Below the pieces are notes generated by a model. That model had not been told where the DNA came from. It made no database searches and saw only the letters and a list, made by a program, of their open reading frames with translations. This document shows positions 18,336 through 28,249 of a DNA stretch of 64,000 nt, in pieces. Position 1 is the stretch's first letter, and each line of letters opens with the position of its first letter. The stretch covers positions 21,754 to 85,753 of the forward strand of contig JBGGMJ010000022.1 of assembly GCA_041288095.1 (NCBI GenBank). The letters are read 5' to 3'. Made by a program: the position numbers and the translations under genes. Source of the DNA: Myxococcota bacterium (GTDB lineage Bacteria; Myxococcota; XYA12-FULL-58-9; JALHOP01).

Positions 18336-19052
18336 ATGATCGGTTCACGCAACGCCATACTCTTCGACACACTCGGCGGCGCGTATACCGCCCTGACCGA
18401 GCACGCCCTTTGGGCGAAGCAAAACCAGGAGCTCGCCAAGCACTGGGGTGAGCTCGGGCCGTCGGCGACGGTTCTGGAGCTCGGGCCGGGCACCGGCATC
18501 GGGACATTGGCTCTCGAGAAGCACCTGCCTCCCGGCGCGCGTATCATCGGTGTCGACATCGTTCCGGCCATGGTGGCGCGGGCCAAAAGGCGCCTCGAGA
18601 GGGCGGACCTGCCGGCGACGCGCGTCGAATTCCGCGTTGGTGACGCGACGGCGCTGTCCGAAGTCGCGAGCAACTCCGTGCACGCGGTCGTCGCCAACAG
18701 CTTTCTCTACCTCGTGCCGGAGCCCGCGAAGGTGCTCGCCGAGATCCACCGCGTCCTCGCTCCCGGCGGCCGCGTGGTCTTCATGGAGCCTTGCGCCGAG
18801 GTCGATTGGCTCGCCACCGTGCGCTGTGGGGTGAGTCACGCCGGCGTCGTGGTGCGCGATCCGGTGGCTTCGGGGCAGCTGCTTGCGGCGATGACGGCCT
18901 GGTTCGTGGCGGGTTCGTTCGTTGGTCGGCGTAGCCGGGGCGAGCTCACGCAGCTGTTTCGCGACGCTGGTTTCGACAAGGTCGAATTCAAGCTGACGCT
19001 CTCGGGGTTGGGGCAACACGTCATCGCCCAACGATCGTCCTCGGACTGTTGA
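18336..19052 (+). CDS. class I SAM-dependent methyltransferase
   Basis: VLELGPGTG, GVD, GDA and RVLAPGG motifs. Confidence 0.9.
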   Translation: MIGSRNAILFDTLGGAYTALTEHALWAKQNQELAKHWGELGPSATVLELGPGTGIGTLALEKHLPPGARIIGVDIVPAMVARAKRRLERADLPATRVEFRVGDATALSEVASNSVHAVVANSFLYLVPEPAKVLAEIHRVLAPGGRVVFMEPCAEVDWLATVRCGVSHAGVVVRDPVASGQLLAAMTAWFVAGSFVGRRSRGELTQLFRDAGFDKVEFKLTLSGLGQHVIAQRSSSDC

Positions 19053-19085
19053 CTCTTCCGCCTCGCAGGCGCTCTTAGAACCGGC

Positions 19086-20912
19086 ATGAGCAGTACCCCG
19101 CCGAGCGCGATGGCCCGTTTGTGGCGCGTGGCTCGGGCACATACGCGGCGATGGGCTTGGGGCTTCTTCCTGCTGCTCCTGACCAATGCCTCGGCGATGG
19201 TCATCCCGCAGCTCGTGCGCCGCGCCATCGATGACATCAACGCGTCGTCCGCCGGTCATATCGACGCCGCGAGCTTGCGCAACCTCGCGATCCTCATGGT
19301 GGCGATAGCGCTCGCCGGCGCCGTGGTGCGGAGCCTGTCGCGCATCCACATCTTCTACGCGGCTCGCGACGTCGAGATGGATCTGCGCAACCAGTTCTAC
19401 GCGCACCTCACGCACATGCCTGCGTCCTTTTTCCAGCGCCATCCCACGGGCGACCTGATGAGTCGCGCCACCAACGACCTCACCCAGGTGCGGCTCTACT
19501 TGGGGCCGGGGCTGCTCAATATGGTGAACACCGCTATCGCGTACGCGTCGGCGCTGCCGCTGCTCTTCGCCCTGTCGCCGAAGCTCACCGCCATCACACT
19601 CGCGGTCTATCCGCCCTCGTTCTTCGCGGTGCAGCGGGTGTCGCGCTGGCTCTATCAGCAGAACCTCGCGCAGCAAGCGCAGATGGGCAAGGTCTCGAAC
19701 TTCGTCCAGGAGAGCCTCGCGGGCGCGCACGTGACGCGCGCTTTCGGGCGCGAGCAACATCAGGCGCAGCGCTTCGAGGAGCTCAATGGCGGGCTCTATG
19801 CCATCAACGCCAAGCTCACCAAGGTGCGCGCCGTGCTCTTCCGTCTGGTGACGGCGCTGGGCTCGTTCGGCGTCTTGCTGGCCGTGATGGTCGGGGCGCG
19901 CGACGTCTTGGCTGGTGAGCTGACGGCGGGCGAGCTGGTCGCCGCGGTCGAATACATGGCGCTGCTCTCGTGGCCGACCTTCGCGTTGGGTTGGGTGCTG
20001 TCGATGATCCAGCGGGGCCGCTCGTCGATGGAGCGTATCGACGGCATCCTGCGCGAAGAGCCTACCATCCGCTCCGGCGGACTCGCACCCGAGGTCATCG
20101 AGCCTACGGTCGAGACCCGTGGCCTCACCATCACGCTGGGCGAGCGGCGCGCGCTCGACGCTGTTTCGGTGAACGTCGCCGCCGGCAAGACGCTCGGCGT
20201 GGTTGGCCCGATCGGCAGCGGCAAGACCACGTGGGTGCGCGGCCTCTTGCGCCTCACCGAGGTCGAGCGAGGACAGGTCTTCGTGGGCGGCCACGACGTC
20301 GTCGACCTCGATCTTGGCGCGCTGCGCCGCATGTTCGGTTACGTCTCGCAGACGCACACGCTCTTCTCGAAGACTCTCGCCGAGAACGTCGCCTTCGGTG
20401 ACACCGAGGCCTCCTTGGAGCGCATCATGCGCGCCCTCACCGAGGCCTCGTTCGAGCGCGACCTCGCCGCTTTACCGCAGGGCCTCGACACTCCGGTCGG
20501 GGAGCGCGGCATCATGCTCTCGGGCGGGCAGAAGCAACGGGCCTCCATCGCCAGGGCCTTGCTCATCGACCCGCCGATCCTGGTGTTGGACGATGCATTG
20601 TCGAGCGTCGACACCGAGACCGAACAGCGCATCGTGGGACACCTGCGTCGGGTCCGCGCCGCGCGTACGACCATCATCGTCGCCCATCGTGTCACCGCGG
20701 TGCAGCACGCCGACGAGATCATCGTCCTCGACGCCGGCAAGGTCATCGAGCGCGGAACCCACAAGACCCTGCGCGCCCAGAACGGCGTCTACGCCCGCAT
20801 GGCGCGTCGCCAGGAGCTCGAGCGCGCCGTCGAGGAGGCGAGCCTCGCCGCCGACAACAAGGTGTCTTCGATCGCGGATATCGAGGCTCGTGTCTCCGGA
20901 GGCGCGCGATGA
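19086..20912 (+). CDS. ABC exporter, fused permease/ATPase (heterodimer subunit 1)
   Basis: TM domain plus GPIGSGKT, LSGGQKQR and degenerate Walker B LVLDD. Confidence 0.95.
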   Translation: MSSTPPSAMARLWRVARAHTRRWAWGFFLLLLTNASAMVIPQLVRRAIDDINASSAGHIDAASLRNLAILMVAIALAGAVVRSLSRIHIFYAARDVEMDLRNQFYAHLTHMPASFFQRHPTGDLMSRATNDLTQVRLYLGPGLLNMVNTAIAYASALPLLFALSPKLTAITLAVYPPSFFAVQRVSRWLYQQNLAQQAQMGKVSNFVQESLAGAHVTRAFGREQHQAQRFEELNGGLYAINAKLTKVRAVLFRLVTALGSFGVLLAVMVGARDVLAGELTAGELVAAVEYMALLSWPTFALGWVLSMIQRGRSSMERIDGILREEPTIRSGGLAPEVIEPTVETRGLTITLGERRALDAVSVNVAAGKTLGVVGPIGSGKTTWVRGLLRLTEVERGQVFVGGHDVVDLDLGALRRMFGYVSQTHTLFSKTLAENVAFGDTEASLERIMRALTEASFERDLAALPQGLDTPVGERGIMLSGGQKQRASIARALLIDPPILVLDDALSSVDTETEQRIVGHLRRVRAARTTIIVAHRVTAVQHADEIIVLDAGKVIERGTHKTLRAQNGVYARMARRQELERAVEEASLAADNKVSSIADIEARVSGGAR

Positions 20913-22693
20913 CGTCGATGGCGCTCGAAGGAAACGTCAAAGGCCAGGCCGATTGGAAGATGCTCAAACGCTTGCTCGTGCACGTCATGCGCGACAAGCG
21001 GCTCTTGCTCTTCGCGCTGATCGCCTATCCGCTCGATGCGTTGGCGGCCATTCTGCCACCGTTCCTGGTTCGCCAGATCCTCGATGTGGCAATCCCAAAG
21101 CACGACGCCGACCTACTCATGTGGTTCTGCGGCGCCTACCTCGCGACGCTCTTCCTCGAATACGGCGCCGGCTTCGCCTCGCTCTACGCCATGGGCATCC
21201 TCGGGCAGCGCGGCATGCGGTCGTTGCGGAGTGAGCTCTTCACCCACGTCCAGCGCCTGCCGGCGTCATTCTTCGACCGTAATCCGATCGGGAGGACGCT
21301 CACGCGGCTCACCAACGACGTCGAGTCGCTCTCCGACGTCTTCGCCACAGGCGCCATCACCATCATCGCGGACGTGCTCACCATCTGCGCCGTGGTCGGC
21401 ATGATGTTGTGGCTCGATGTGCGACTCACCTTGCTCGCGTTCCTCGTGGTGCCGCCGTTGGTGCTCATGGCCGGCATCATGCAGCGCTATGCGCGCGTTT
21501 CGTTTCGCGAGGTTCGCAAGCACATCGCCCGCATCAATGCCTATCTCGCCGAGCACATCGCGGGGATGGGGGTCGTGCAAACCTTCCGTCAGGAGGCCCG
21601 CACCGCCAAGGAGTTCGAAGGCCTGTCGTCGGAGTTCCGCGACGCGAACCGTGACGCCATCTTCTACGACGCGGTTCTGTTCGCCGCGGTCGAGGCCATC
21701 GGCACCGCGGCCGTCGCCGTCCTCATCTGGTTCGGCGCCCTCGACATGACCACCGGTATCGTCGGCGCCGGTACGCTGGTCGCGTTCGTCCAGTACATCC
21801 GACGCTTTTTCGTGCCGATCCGCGACCTCTCCACCAAGTACACGGTGCTACAGAGCGCGTTCGCTTCAGCGGAGCGCGTCTTCCAGCTCCTCGACGAGCG
21901 CGTCACCATCGTCAGCGAGACCGACGCCAAGCCGATGGCGAAGCTCAGCCGCGAGGTTGCGCTCGAAGACGTCTGGTTCGCTTATCGCGAGCCCGAGCAA
22001 GACAACGACTGGGTGCTGCGTGGCGTGAGTCTGCATGTGAAGAAGGGCGAGCGCGTCGCCTTGGTCGGCGCCACCGGCTGCGGCAAGACCACGATCTTGA
22101 AGCTCATGACCCGCTTCTACGAGCCGCAGAAGGGCCGGGTCACCGTGGACGGAGTCGACATTCGCGAGCTCGAGCTCACCTCGCTGCGCCGCGCGTTCGC
22201 GGTGGTGCTGCAAGACGTGCACCTCTTCTCCGGCACGGTGATGGAGAACCTGTCCTTTGGAGCGGACGCCACCCCCGAGCAGGTGCATGCCGCGGCCAAG
22301 CTCGTGCAAGCCGACGAGTTCGTCCGCAAGCTCGGGCAAGGTTACGACACCCAGGTCGCCGAGTGGGGCTCGAACTTCTCGGCAGGCGAGCGCCAGCTCC
22401 TGGCGTTTGCGCGCGCCATGGTGGCAAACCCGCAGGTGCTGGTCCTCGACGAGGCGACCAGCAACGTCGACACCGAGACCGAGGCACGCATCGACCACGC
22501 GCTCGACGTGCTGCTCGCGGACCGGACCGCCATCATCGTGGCGCATCGTCTCTCCACTGTGCGTAAGGTCGACCGCATCGTCGTCCTGCAGCGCGGGCAG
22601 ATCGTCGAGGAGGGTAACCACGCCGAGCTCATGCGCAGGGATGGTCTCTACAAGCGCTTGGTCGAGCTGCAATTCGCCGATCAGGCTGGGTGA
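20909..22693 (+). CDS. ABC exporter, fused permease/ATPase (heterodimer subunit 2)
   Basis: TM domain plus GATGCGKT, FSAGERQ and VLDEAT; ATGA overlap with partner. Confidence 0.95.
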   Translation: MTSMALEGNVKGQADWKMLKRLLVHVMRDKRLLLFALIAYPLDALAAILPPFLVRQILDVAIPKHDADLLMWFCGAYLATLFLEYGAGFASLYAMGILGQRGMRSLRSELFTHVQRLPASFFDRNPIGRTLTRLTNDVESLSDVFATGAITIIADVLTICAVVGMMLWLDVRLTLLAFLVVPPLVLMAGIMQRYARVSFREVRKHIARINAYLAEHIAGMGVVQTFRQEARTAKEFEGLSSEFRDANRDAIFYDAVLFAAVEAIGTAAVAVLIWFGALDMTTGIVGAGTLVAFVQYIRRFFVPIRDLSTKYTVLQSAFASAERVFQLLDERVTIVSETDAKPMAKLSREVALEDVWFAYREPEQDNDWVLRGVSLHVKKGERVALVGATGCGKTTILKLMTRFYEPQKGRVTVDGVDIRELELTSLRRAFAVVLQDVHLFSGTVMENLSFGADATPEQVHAAAKLVQADEFVRKLGQGYDTQVAEWGSNFSAGERQLLAFARAMVANPQVLVLDEATSNVDTETEARIDHALDVLLADRTAIIVAHRLSTVRKVDRIVVLQRGQIVEEGNHAELMRRDGLYKRLVELQFADQAG

Positions 22694-22717
22694 CAGTCGC
22701 GCTGACCACCAGCCGTC

Positions 22718-25120
22718 CTAGAGCAGGTGTCGGGCGTCCGCCCAGACGAGCAGTGGCAGCGCCGTTGCCCACAGCTGCGTCGCGTTCCCCGGCCACGAAT
22801 CGTACGGCTCGTTCGGCTTGCCGACGAGACCCTTGGCGACGAGACGTCCGTTATCGAAGCCATAGCCGTAAAGCTCGGAGGTCTGAAGCGGACCGGCGGT
22901 GGCCGCGAGCTTCTTGATGATGCGCACCGTGTCGCGTGCGATGGCGGCTTCCTCTGGCTTGCCCGCGCGCTCGAGCATCTTCGCCTGGTGCGTGAGCGCG
23001 GCGACGCCCAAGGCCTCGAGCCAGGTCCACACCAGTGTTCCGTGATAGCGGCCTGGACCCATCATGTCGTAGAGGCGCGCGTCTCCGGCCAGCGCGGCGT
23101 TGGTAATGAGGATGCCGGCCTCGGTGGCAAGGCCCAAGGGATAGGGGAGGGTGATGAGATCGCAAATCGCGCGCACCGCCTCCGGCCGCGCCTGGCTACC
23201 CAACAGACCAAAGAGACCGTCGGACGACATCACGGGGATGCGGTTGCCCTTGGCGTCGAGTGAGACCGCCGGGAACGTGAGGCCGTCCTTGAAGCGGCCC
23301 GTGAGTGGCGAGCCGTTGATGAAATCGTCGATGTGCACGAACGGCTCGATGGTGCGGCTGCCGAAGAACGCCCGCTCCTCGTCGGTCGCGAGCTCCTTCA
23401 TGAAGAAACGCAACGCCTTGCGCATCTCGTCCTGGGTCATCTTCACGGTGAAAATGTCGCGGGCATGCGCGCGCCAGACCGTCGCGTAGCGCTCGAGATT
23501 GGCGCTCGGCAGGCCCATGAGCTTCGCGAGCGCGGCGCCCTTCTCGAGGGCCGAGGGGACGAGCTCGAGATCGATGCTGCTCGAGAAGACACCGCCGGCT
23601 TCACCCACCTCGGAGTCGCGCCAGCTGCCGACCGGCAGGCCGAGCATGAAGCGGACCATCTTCGTCGGATCGTCGGGGTCCTCGGCGAACCCCTTGGCTT
23701 GACGAGTGATGAAGCCCAGGCTTTTCTTGATGTCATCGGCGTTGCTCGCGACGGCGCGTCTCTCGGCGCCTTGCACCAAGTCCGTGATCGAGGATCGATT
23801 GCGGTCAACGAAGGCCTCGCGGGCCGCGGGGTCGAGCTTGGGATCGAGCAAATGCTCGGAGAGCACCGAGACGAGCATGAAGTCGTCGTCGACCATCTTG
23901 CGGTCACAAATGCGCTCTTCGCAGGTCGTAGGGTCGAGGGTGCCGCCATGCTTCTCGATGTGCTCGAGCCGCTCGTGCACCGCCTGATCGAGCAGCGACT
24001 CCTCGTGGGTCACCTTGCCGTCGGGGCCTAGACGCTCGAGCGCCGCCTGTAGGATGCCTTCGACCACCTTGGGATCGAGCAGCGGACGCAACATCTGCAC
24101 CGTCTGCAAGGTGTCGCGACCGAAGTAGGTGAGGAAGCGCCAGCCGCCGGCGAGCGCCTTCTCCTTGAAGACGAGCGACGAAAGATCTTCGAGGGCCCGT
24201 ACCGCCGCGTTGAGATTGGCGGTCTCTTCGGGCGTCAACAGACCTGCTTTGGCGCGCTCGAGATCGGTCTTGAGAGCTTGGCGGGCGGGACCATTGAGCA
24301 GCTCGAGTGGCGCGTAGGGAGTCAGCGGCGGCACGTCGGTGACGTAGGAGACGTCGATGCGCGGCTTGCCGGCGGCGGTCGCGGTCACGTGGTTGTTCGC
24401 ATTGACGGACAGGGTCGTGCCGGGACCCGCTTCGATGATCATGCGATGGAGATGGTGCGGTGAGCCGTCTGCCTTGCGGCCGACCGACTCGCGCTCGAAG
24501 ACGATGCGGGTCGCTGACTGCTCCACGATGCGCGAGCGAATGGACTTTTCGGGGAGGCCGAGCTTGCCCTGCATCTGCTCGCGGAGCGCCGTGCGATCGT
24601 CGTAGCCGAGGGTCGCGCGGTCGCGATGGGCGCGCGCGCTGTCCAGGAGCGGCGGCTCGAAGGTCACCGCGCCCTTCGCGTTGGCGCAGACACGTACCTT
24701 GGTGCCGGTAAGGCCGCCATCGCGGACGAGGAGGGGATTCGACGCCGAAAGATTCGTGACCCCAGTCTCCGAAGTCCACCACATGCCGCCGGCGATGTTG
24801 TTCGCGGGTTGGACGATGGTGACCATGCGCTTGGCCGCGTGCTTCGGATAGCTCTCGAGGACGATGTGCGCCTGGGTCTCCGGTGAGACGAAGACGAGAT
24901 TTTGCTGCATGCCCTCGCGCTGGCGGTCGCCGAGGTCACGCTGGAACACGCGTCGGGTCGCCCCGAGGTCGGGGAAGGTGACAGGGAGCTTGGCCGGGCC
25001 GCCGGGCTGGTCGAGGTCGCGTACCGAGGGTTTCTGACGCGAGCGCGTCGTACCGCGCTCCTGCGTGGCGTTGGTCGGCGAAGTGCCGGTAACCCCTTGG
25101 AAACGCCTATCGACGCGCAA
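22718..25120 (-). CDS. putative (alpha/alpha)6 glycoside hydrolase (glycogen debranching / amylo-1,6-glucosidase-like) with N-terminal extension
   Basis: AGGWRFLTYFGRDT, HEES, KMVDDD, WRDS, YHGTLVW, SEL and QLW motifs; TTG start with GGGGAAG upstream. Confidence 0.7.
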   Translation of the reverse strand: MRVDRRFQGVTGTSPTNATQERGTTRSRQKPSVRDLDQPGGPAKLPVTFPDLGATRRVFQRDLGDRQREGMQQNLVFVSPETQAHIVLESYPKHAAKRMVTIVQPANNIAGGMWWTSETGVTNLSASNPLLVRDGGLTGTKVRVCANAKGAVTFEPPLLDSARAHRDRATLGYDDRTALREQMQGKLGLPEKSIRSRIVEQSATRIVFERESVGRKADGSPHHLHRMIIEAGPGTTLSVNANNHVTATAAGKPRIDVSYVTDVPPLTPYAPLELLNGPARQALKTDLERAKAGLLTPEETANLNAAVRALEDLSSLVFKEKALAGGWRFLTYFGRDTLQTVQMLRPLLDPKVVEGILQAALERLGPDGKVTHEESLLDQAVHERLEHIEKHGGTLDPTTCEERICDRKMVDDDFMLVSVLSEHLLDPKLDPAAREAFVDRNRSSITDLVQGAERRAVASNADDIKKSLGFITRQAKGFAEDPDDPTKMVRFMLGLPVGSWRDSEVGEAGGVFSSSIDLELVPSALEKGAALAKLMGLPSANLERYATVWRAHARDIFTVKMTQDEMRKALRFFMKELATDEERAFFGSRTIEPFVHIDDFINGSPLTGRFKDGLTFPAVSLDAKGNRIPVMSSDGLFGLLGSQARPEAVRAICDLITLPYPLGLATEAGILITNAALAGDARLYDMMGPGRYHGTLVWTWLEALGVAALTHQAKMLERAGKPEEAAIARDTVRIIKKLAATAGPLQTSELYGYGFDNGRLVAKGLVGKPNEPYDSWPGNATQLWATALPLLVWADARHLL

Positions 25121-25154
25121 AACGGCTTCCCCGCATTGTCGGATTCCCGATGCA

Positions 25155-25181
25155 ATATCGGCAGGCCGATGGGCGGAGTTG
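25155..25181 (-). promoter_or_regulatory. candidate sigma-28-like promoter
   Basis: Minus strand CAAC-N15-GCCGATAT about 35 nt upstream of the TTG at 25120. Confidence 0.65.
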
Positions 25182-25199
25182 CGTAGGAGCTTCCGCCGC

Positions 25200-25862
25200 T
25201 TAGCCCGCCCCCCAGCCCACCCAGGACTCGCCGTCCTCGCCCAGCTCGTTCTTCCAGATCGGCACGTCCGTCTTGATGCGCTCGAGCATGGCTCTGCAGG
25301 CCGCGAAAGCGGACTCGCGGTGCGGGCTCGCGACCGCGATGACCACCGCGACCTCGCCCACGGCTAGTACGCCATAGCGGTGGACGACGTGGATGCGCGC
25401 GTCGGGGAACGAAGCCTCGCAGTCCGCGGCGACGCGATCGAGCTCCCGACTCGCCATCGGCTCGTAGACTTCGTAAGTGATTTGCCTGACAGAACGCCCA
25501 CCTGCGTGGTCGCGGACGGTCCCGAGGAACGTCACCACCGCTCCAGCGGTGGAGCTACGCACCGCGTCGATCGCTCGGCCTATATCGATGGGTGTTTCGA
25601 CGATGCTGCTGCGTGCCGCGCCGCCCGCGACCGGAGGTAGGAGCGCCACCTCGTCGCCTTCGCGGACCGGCTCGTCGAGCTCGACGATGGTGTGATTGCG
25701 GGCCCATCGGACGCTTTTCAAGAGCGGCTCGAGAGCCGGGTGACGCGCCGTCACCGCCGCGACCACCGTGCGGATGGTAGCCGGCGACACTACATTGACA
25801 TCCTCGAGCGCACATCCAGCTTGCATGCGACTTCCCCCGAGGTAAACCACTCGTACCTTCAC
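25200..25862 (-). CDS. moaE: molybdopterin converting factor MoaD-MoaE fusion
   Basis: N-terminal ThiS/MoaD-like part ending GDEVALLPPVAGG, then GAVVTFLGTVR, HRYG, SPHR and IKTDVPIWKNE of MoaE; GTG 25862 with GAGG RBS. Confidence 0.9.
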   Translation of the reverse strand: MKVRVVYLGGSRMQAGCALEDVNVVSPATIRTVVAAVTARHPALEPLLKSVRWARNHTIVELDEPVREGDEVALLPPVAGGAARSSIVETPIDIGRAIDAVRSSTAGAVVTFLGTVRDHAGGRSVRQITYEVYEPMASRELDRVAADCEASFPDARIHVVHRYGVLAVGEVAVVIAVASPHRESAFAACRAMLERIKTDVPIWKNELGEDGESWVGWGAG

Positions 25863-25931
25863 CGATCGCCTCTTTTGGGCCGCTTCTTGCGTGCCCCGTA
25901 CCCCACCGCTTGTTACAGTGTGTGACGCTGC

Positions 25932-28157
25932 ATGGAAGACGCCTTGAACCTGTTGGATGGATTGGACGTCGACATTCCAGACGTCCCCCTCCCGGCAGCG
26001 CGTCCGCAGCAGCAAGCACCCGCGACTAATCCCGAGTTCTTCGGTCCTTATCAACTGATCGAAGAAGTCGGCGCCGGTGGTGTCGCCAAGGTGATGCGCG
26101 CGCGGCACATCCATCCGCGCTACGCCGAGACGACCTTCGCCATCAAGATTCTCCATCCCGAGCTCTCGCGCGATCCGAAGGTCGTGCAGCTCTTCCGGCA
26201 CGAGGCCTACGTGCTGTCGATGCTCAAGCATCCCAACATCGTGCAGACCTTCGAAGGCGGCGTGCAGGACGAAGAGCTGTTCATCGCCATGGAGTACATC
26301 GACGGTCGCGACCTCGAGAACATGCTCACGCGCTGTCAGAAGGCGAAGAGCACGGTCCCGATTCCCGTCGCCATGTACATCATCGGCGAGGTCTTGAAGG
26401 GACTGTCGTACGCGCACGACCTCTGTGACGGCGATGGCAACCGCCTGGCGCTCGTGCATCGCGACATCAACCCCGCGAACGTCTTTCTCTCGTACGACGG
26501 CCGCGTGAAGCTCGGTGACTTCGGCGTCGCGTCGATGACCGCGGGCCGCGCCGAGAAGTCCCGCGAGACAGCGGGCAAGGCGGGCTACTTCGCGCCCGAG
26601 CAGCTCGCCGGTGAGCCCGTCGATCAGCGCGCCGATCTCTTCTCCATGGGCGTCATGATGTACGAGGTCCTGTGCAACGAGCGCCTCTTCGACGGCGATG
26701 ACGCCGAGAAGATCATGCGCTTGAACCGCAAGGCGAAGATCCCGCGCCCCTCGAGAGTGAACCCCGAGATCCCGCAGGGCCTCGAGGACCTCATGCTCAA
26801 GGCGCTCGAGCGCAAGCCCAACGACCGCTTTCCCAATTCGCGCGCCATGTACTTCGCGTTGCGTCCGTTCATCCCCGATCCGTCGGGCATGGCGCTCGCG
26901 GTGGCGGCGATGGTCCGCAAGGTCTTCCTGCGCGAGCACATCCAGGAGCTGCAGCTGCGTGAAGGTCTCGCCGGCGGCGGTAGCGCCTCGCGTGGCTCCG
27001 GCCAGCGTATCGTGGTGCTCTCGGAAGACGAGCGCGCGCACGCCGCCTTCAGCGAGCTCCTGTCGTCGCGTGGTTACCGCGTCGACGTCGCGACGCGCAT
27101 CGAGCAGCTCGCCAGCATGGTGGTCGGCCAGCACGCGCCTAATGTCGTTTTGGCGGACGTGGCGCTGCCGTCGTTCAACGCCGAGCAATTCGTGCGCGCC
27201 CTCGCTCCGGCGCAGCAAACCATCCCGGTCGTCGCGGTGAGCGAGGGGCTCGACACCGCCTGGATCCGCAACGCCGACGCCATCGGCTCGGTCGACCTGT
27301 TGTTCAAGCCGTTCAACATCGAGCGCGTGCTCACCGCGGTTCGCGGCGCCGTGACCGGGGCCGCGCGCGTCGCCATCACCGAACCGGCGGTCACCGAAGC
27401 TCGTCCGGTATCGCGGACGAAAATCCTGGTGATGACGCGCGATAACTCGTTCACGCACATCATCGCGCAGGGCTTCGCCGACCGCGGCTACAGCGTCGAG
27501 ATCGTTTCGAACGGGTCCGAGGCCATCGAGCGCGCCGACCAGACGACCTTCGACGCATTCGTCTACGACGCCTTCCCGCCGTCGCCCGCCGACCGCTTCT
27601 TCGCGTCGCAAGTGCGCGGACGCCCGGGCATGGGGCTCGTGCCGATCCTCTACCTGGTGCCGGCCGAAACGCAGACGCAGATCGTCGGCCTCGACGCTGA
27701 CCGCAGCGCCGTTCGCTTGCGCGGCGACTCGACGGTGGTGCTCGCCGAGACCTTGAATCGCTTGCTCGCCGACACGCGCTTGGGCCGCTCGTTCATCCGC
27801 TACCCGACGACCTTTCCGCTCGAGCTGCGCTACGCCGGACGCGTCTTTGCCGCCGAGGCCATGGACATCTCGCGCGGCGGTCTCATGTTGCGCTGCGAGC
27901 AGATGCCGCCGGTCGGCGAAGAGGTCAGCGTGTCCCTGCGCTTCGACCAGAGCGGTCAGCCCGTCGAGGCCTCGGGCAGGGTCATCCGCGTCGATCTACC
28001 GCGTCACGAAGGCGAGCCGCCGGGCATCGGCGTGTCGTTCGAGCGCTTCGCCGGGCGCGGAGAAGCTCAGCTGATCGCGCACCTGGCCACGCTCGACCGG
28101 AACGCCCAGCAGGTCAAAACCATGATCATGGGTGTGCCAGCGCCAGCCCGGGCGTGA
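25932..28157 (+). CDS. Ser/Thr protein kinase fused to two receiver-like domains and a C-terminal PilZ domain
   Basis: GAGGVAKV, AIK, HRDINPAN, DFG, APE; REC-like (SEDE...ADVALP...KPF); second degenerate REC; PilZ (RSFIRYP...DISRGG...GIGVSF). Confidence 0.88.
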   Translation: MEDALNLLDGLDVDIPDVPLPAARPQQQAPATNPEFFGPYQLIEEVGAGGVAKVMRARHIHPRYAETTFAIKILHPELSRDPKVVQLFRHEAYVLSMLKHPNIVQTFEGGVQDEELFIAMEYIDGRDLENMLTRCQKAKSTVPIPVAMYIIGEVLKGLSYAHDLCDGDGNRLALVHRDINPANVFLSYDGRVKLGDFGVASMTAGRAEKSRETAGKAGYFAPEQLAGEPVDQRADLFSMGVMMYEVLCNERLFDGDDAEKIMRLNRKAKIPRPSRVNPEIPQGLEDLMLKALERKPNDRFPNSRAMYFALRPFIPDPSGMALAVAAMVRKVFLREHIQELQLREGLAGGGSASRGSGQRIVVLSEDERAHAAFSELLSSRGYRVDVATRIEQLASMVVGQHAPNVVLADVALPSFNAEQFVRALAPAQQTIPVVAVSEGLDTAWIRNADAIGSVDLLFKPFNIERVLTAVRGAVTGAARVAITEPAVTEARPVSRTKILVMTRDNSFTHIIAQGFADRGYSVEIVSNGSEAIERADQTTFDAFVYDAFPPSPADRFFASQVRGRPGMGLVPILYLVPAETQTQIVGLDADRSAVRLRGDSTVVLAETLNRLLADTRLGRSFIRYPTTFPLELRYAGRVFAAEAMDISRGGLMLRCEQMPPVGEEVSVSLRFDQSGQPVEASGRVIRVDLPRHEGEPPGIGVSFERFAGRGEAQLIAHLATLDRNAQQVKTMIMGVPAPARA

Positions 28158-28194
28158 TGGCCGTCAGTCACAGGTGCTCCTGAGTCGTTTTCAG

Positions 28195-28220
28195 GAACCC
28201 TCGGCCAAACGCGTCGATAC
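28195..28220 (+). promoter_or_regulatory. candidate sigma-28-like promoter
   Basis: GAAC-N14-GTCGATAC 29 nt upstream of ATG 28250. Confidence 0.5.
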
Positions 28221-28249
28221 ACGCTGCTCACCATCAGGATGGGTGTCTC

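Noticed and set aside
11311-19052. MutH-like nuclease plus SAM methyltransferase as a restriction-modification or defence system
   Set aside because: They are over 6 kb apart, and the methyltransferase looks like a small-molecule class I enzyme with no DNA-MTase catalytic motif (DPPY/NPPY/PC).
19086-22693. Degenerate Walker B (LDD) and signature (FSAGE) in the ABC pair as possible pseudogenisation
   Set aside because: This is the normal asymmetry of heterodimeric ABC exporters.
25863-27611. Apparent 803-aa minus-strand ORF ending in MoaD-MoaE
   Set aside because: The N-terminal ~580 aa are antisense to the kinase gene; the real gene starts at GTG 25862 with an RBS.
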